A program made the position numbers and the translations under genes. A DNA stretch of 64,000 bases from Enoplolaimus lenunculus. Taxonomy: Eukaryota. The stretch spans positions 372,001 to 436,000 of the forward strand of contig JASANG010000424.1 in assembly GCA_030248215.1 (NCBI GenBank), written 5' to 3'. Positions 61,401 through 64,000 of the stretch are shown here, piece by piece. Position 1 is the first letter of the stretch. The number at the start of each line of letters is the position of its first letter. Below the pieces are notes generated by a model, which saw only the letters and a list, made by a program, of their open reading frames with translations, was not told where the DNA came from and did not search any database.

Positions 61401-63096
61401 TAACATCTTTTTTGTATTGAATATTTTGCAATGCAAATTGTTCATCCGATGCTAACGACGTAATTTCATAGCTAAATTTCTTCGAAATATGACCCAAAAC
61501 CGATGAAAATTTCGTTTAAAAATATTGAAAAATTTGCTAAATTTTTCGTTTGTGATTTTTCAAGACGCAAAAAACATCCGTTGCCGAACTGGAAAATGTG
61601 GGAAATTTACCGAACAATGAACGAATTTTGAAATTTTAAATTTTGCATTTTTAGTTTCAAATTTTTTCAATTTGACGCTGTTTATAATTTTTCCTCGACA
61701 TTTTTACAGGAATTTCTTCAGCCACCAGTGGCAAAAATTACATTATTTTATACATCGAAATACCTTCCAATGTTACTTTAACGGGCGTAACCGTAGATTA
61801 AGCGTATTCCTAAAGCCTAAGCCTAAGCGATGCCAAAATGAGTTCCTAAACCTAAGCCTAAGCCTAAGCAAAAAAATGTAATCTAGGGTCTGAACCTACT
61901 CTTTTAAAGACCCACCAGAAACCTGGACGCCCCTTAAAGTAATATGGAACATGGGCCGAAATGCCTAAATAATTTGTTGCCCCGTTTGATTCAGAGGCGT
62001 CCGCAGACCGCAGAAATTTATATTTGGGGAGCATCGAATAATTTAGTAGGCAACTACATTTGCAATTCATGATTTCGTACTTTCAGACCAGGTCTACTTG
62101 GGAGGCACAAGCCAAATTTTGGAGGTACGGCCCCCTAGTGCCCCCCTGTGGAACGGCCTTGGTTTGACTTCAATTGAAAATTTTGAGAATGAGTTTTTCA
62201 TGAGTCCAAACTTACAATATCTTTGACCAATATTCGGTCAATGTTAGCATGCCGAAGCCGTGGATCTACCCAAGACTGTTCGAAATAAATATCAACGCCG
62301 AAATCCTGAAACAACATTTGTAACGAAAATAATATATATTTATCGCAATAACCACAAATACGAGTCACCCAGTTTTGCACAAGTTAGCGAACCCACAACA
62401 ATCTGTGAATGCAAATGTTCGTTTTACAGAACAATCACATTTCTGTTCTAAGAAGATATTGTAACCAAAGTAATGCTTAGACACTTAGCTAAAGTACGTA
62501 AGTACGGTAGTCCAGCTTAACTTTAACCGTAAGAAGATAAGTTATATCATTTCTCAAACTGGGCCCATGTAAAGAAAAGGGCCGGATCGTTTTCCGGAGG
62601 GGCTATAATAGAGTCAGTTTAAGCTTTTGACTGATTTTTTTGCTTAGGCTTAGGCTTAGGAATAGGCTCATCCATACGCCTAGGCTTAGGCTTAGGCTTA
62701 GGCTTAGGAGTATGCTTATACTACTGTACCGGCTCTGTTCTGTACACGGGCCTTCAAACTGCATGGCAGTATTTCATTGACGGTAAAACGTTTGGCTGTG
62801 AGTTCTTCTCTAAATTAATTCAATCAAATTTTGACCAAAACATAAACTTTGTTATAAATGCGTACGTTTTTTCGGTCTCTGATGCTAAAGTTGCACGACG
62901 AAAAGTAAAACTTGACTTACCATAGTTTTCGCTTTGACTTGTGTCATACCTTCGACATAAATGCCAACCGTAACAACCGTTGTTTGAGCTGAAATATTAA
63001 TTTCTAAAATTGAACAAATTATCGCATAAAAATCTCAATTTACCAATCGATGTATGTGGAGCAATATTTTTAGCCTCAGGATAGAGACAAGAGACT
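55408..63096 (-). CDS. Cys-loop ligand-gated ion channel subunit, anion-selective (GlyR/GluCl-like; resembles nematode orphan LGC-34-type from memory); 5' incomplete
   Basis: Exons 63096-63044, 62988-62921, 62305-62216, 60772-60642, 60063-59981, 59175-59038, 58081-57867, 56393-56238, 55605-55408, GT-AG and in phase. Motifs: WVDPRL, WLPDLYFAN, Cys-loop CNQDLGNYPLDSQEC, loop C CDGAYAVGVWCCL, TM1 YVPTSLIVIISWFSFW, PGR-TM2 ITTLLTL, VSYAKAIDVW, TM4 IDRLSRLVFPLSFLLFNAIYW. The signal-peptide exon was not found. The 63096-63044 exon is the least certain. Confidence 0.92.
57705..57812. repeat. Perfect 39-bp inverted repeat with 30-nt loop
   Basis: 57705-57743 is the exact reverse complement of 57774-57812. 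Confidence 0.95.
60077..60268. mobile_element. TTAGGC-carrying MITE (family A, GGCC termini, 8-bp TSD; Merlin/MULE-like)
   Basis: TIRs GGCCCATGTTACTTTAAGGGGCGT / ACGCCCCTTAAACTAACATTGGCC; perfect TSD ATTAAAGC; internal TTAGGC arrays. Confidence 0.85.
60784..61359. mobile_element. Family B MITE with nested CAAGAG-ended (possibly P-like) MITE at 60979-61289
   Basis: AA|CACTG...AAAGTG|AA. The insert is flanked by 7-mers GTGATAT/CTGATAT. A second, inverted copy of the insert lies at 34879-35188. Confidence 0.75.
62562..62752. mobile_element. TTAGGC-carrying MITE (family A)
   Basis: GGCCCATGTA...TACACGGGCC; flanks CTCAAACTG/TTCAAACTG; nearly identical to the copy at 29483-29674. Confidence 0.85.
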
Positions 63097-64000
63097 CTAA
63101 ATTAAGTTCAAAGACCGCTTTGTCTGGGAAACTTTAAGGAACTGTGTCTCTTTTATCTCTCCCTGTTCCCCTGTTTGGGACTCCTGGGAAAACGCTATTA
63201 CGCTATAAGGGACCCGAATAAGAGAGGCAAGGTAGATATCAATTTTAGCTCTTCAGAGGTCAACACCATTGCTATTTGGTTACGGACTATTATGGTTTTC
63301 AATCCCTTCCGTTATTTGGACCTCTGATCTGTGTCGATTTTAATGATTTAAAGTATATACGACTTAGAAACATACCTTTAATTTTTGAGTATACTGCGAT
63401 GAATAACGATATACATATATACTTTGTGTATTAGCCATACCCTGTAATTATTGATCTTTACTTAGTGTTACCCGAATAAGGGGGGTAATAAGATGGTAAT
63501 TTTGAGTCCCAATCAATAGGAGTCCGTTTCCCTAATAAGAGTCCGTAAGTTGTTTGAGTGCCTAAACACTAACTAGAGTCCATAAATATCAATTATCCCT
63601 CATTGTAGTGCATAAATGACTCCAGGACCAAATAAAGTTGAGTTCGAATCTTTAGAGTATTCTTAAGTTTTGAAAGTACATTCCTAAGTATTACCTTGCA
63701 TTATCGCTCAAGTTTTTAATACAAGACCAACGTTTAATGCAACGAATGGTTGCGATACCAGATATATCAGTCACGAAGGGCAATGGACGGCGGCGGTAAA
63801 AATAAATAACAGTCCGTAACCGAATAACAGGAGGGTATCCTCTCGAGAAGCCAGAATAAATACAAATCCCCATTCTTATTCTGGTCACTAAAGTGATATA
63901 ATTAGGGTGGGTGCCAATTATGAACTCAAATTAGAACTTATAGACTCTACCCAATATACAGTCTCTAATTAGGCAAATAGACTTTTATTGATTCAGACTA

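Noticed and set aside
63691..63888. 65-aa ORF as the upstream exon of the channel gene (its donor phase would fit)
   Set aside because: It lies inside a family G repeat whose sequence recurs at ~5050 and ~31230, and it has no signal-peptide character.

Overview
AT-rich eukaryotic DNA with GT-AG introns, most likely from a nematode (interstitial TTAGGC repeats, OSM-3-type kinesin tail). Three spliced protein-coding genes were reconstructed by hand with consistent exon phases. (1) A 5-exon minus-strand gene (9270->3181, about 780 aa) with an acidic N-terminus, a coiled coil and an NHL-like beta-propeller. (2) A 20-exon plus-strand kinesin-2 of the OSM-3/KIF17 type (17459->53695, about 858 aa). 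(3) A minus-strand anion-type Cys-loop ligand-gated channel with 9 exons visible (63096->55408) and its 5' end not found. Introns and intergenic DNA are packed with small non-autonomous elements, often nested, whose termini and target-site duplications (TSDs) suggest hAT, CMC/EnSpm, piggyBac, Tc1/pogo, Merlin/MULE, P, Harbinger, Helitron and Helentron origins. There is also an L1/Tx1-like LINE 3' fragment and several tandem arrays. The most notable items are a four-fold duplicated splice acceptor in the kinesin gene where only the last copy keeps the frame, a TSD-flanked MITE family carrying telomeric TTAGGC arrays (about 30 copies), a piggyBac MITE with a tRNA-like Pol III cassette, and a repeat-spacer-like motif array. 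All family assignments come from motif recognition only; no database search was run.
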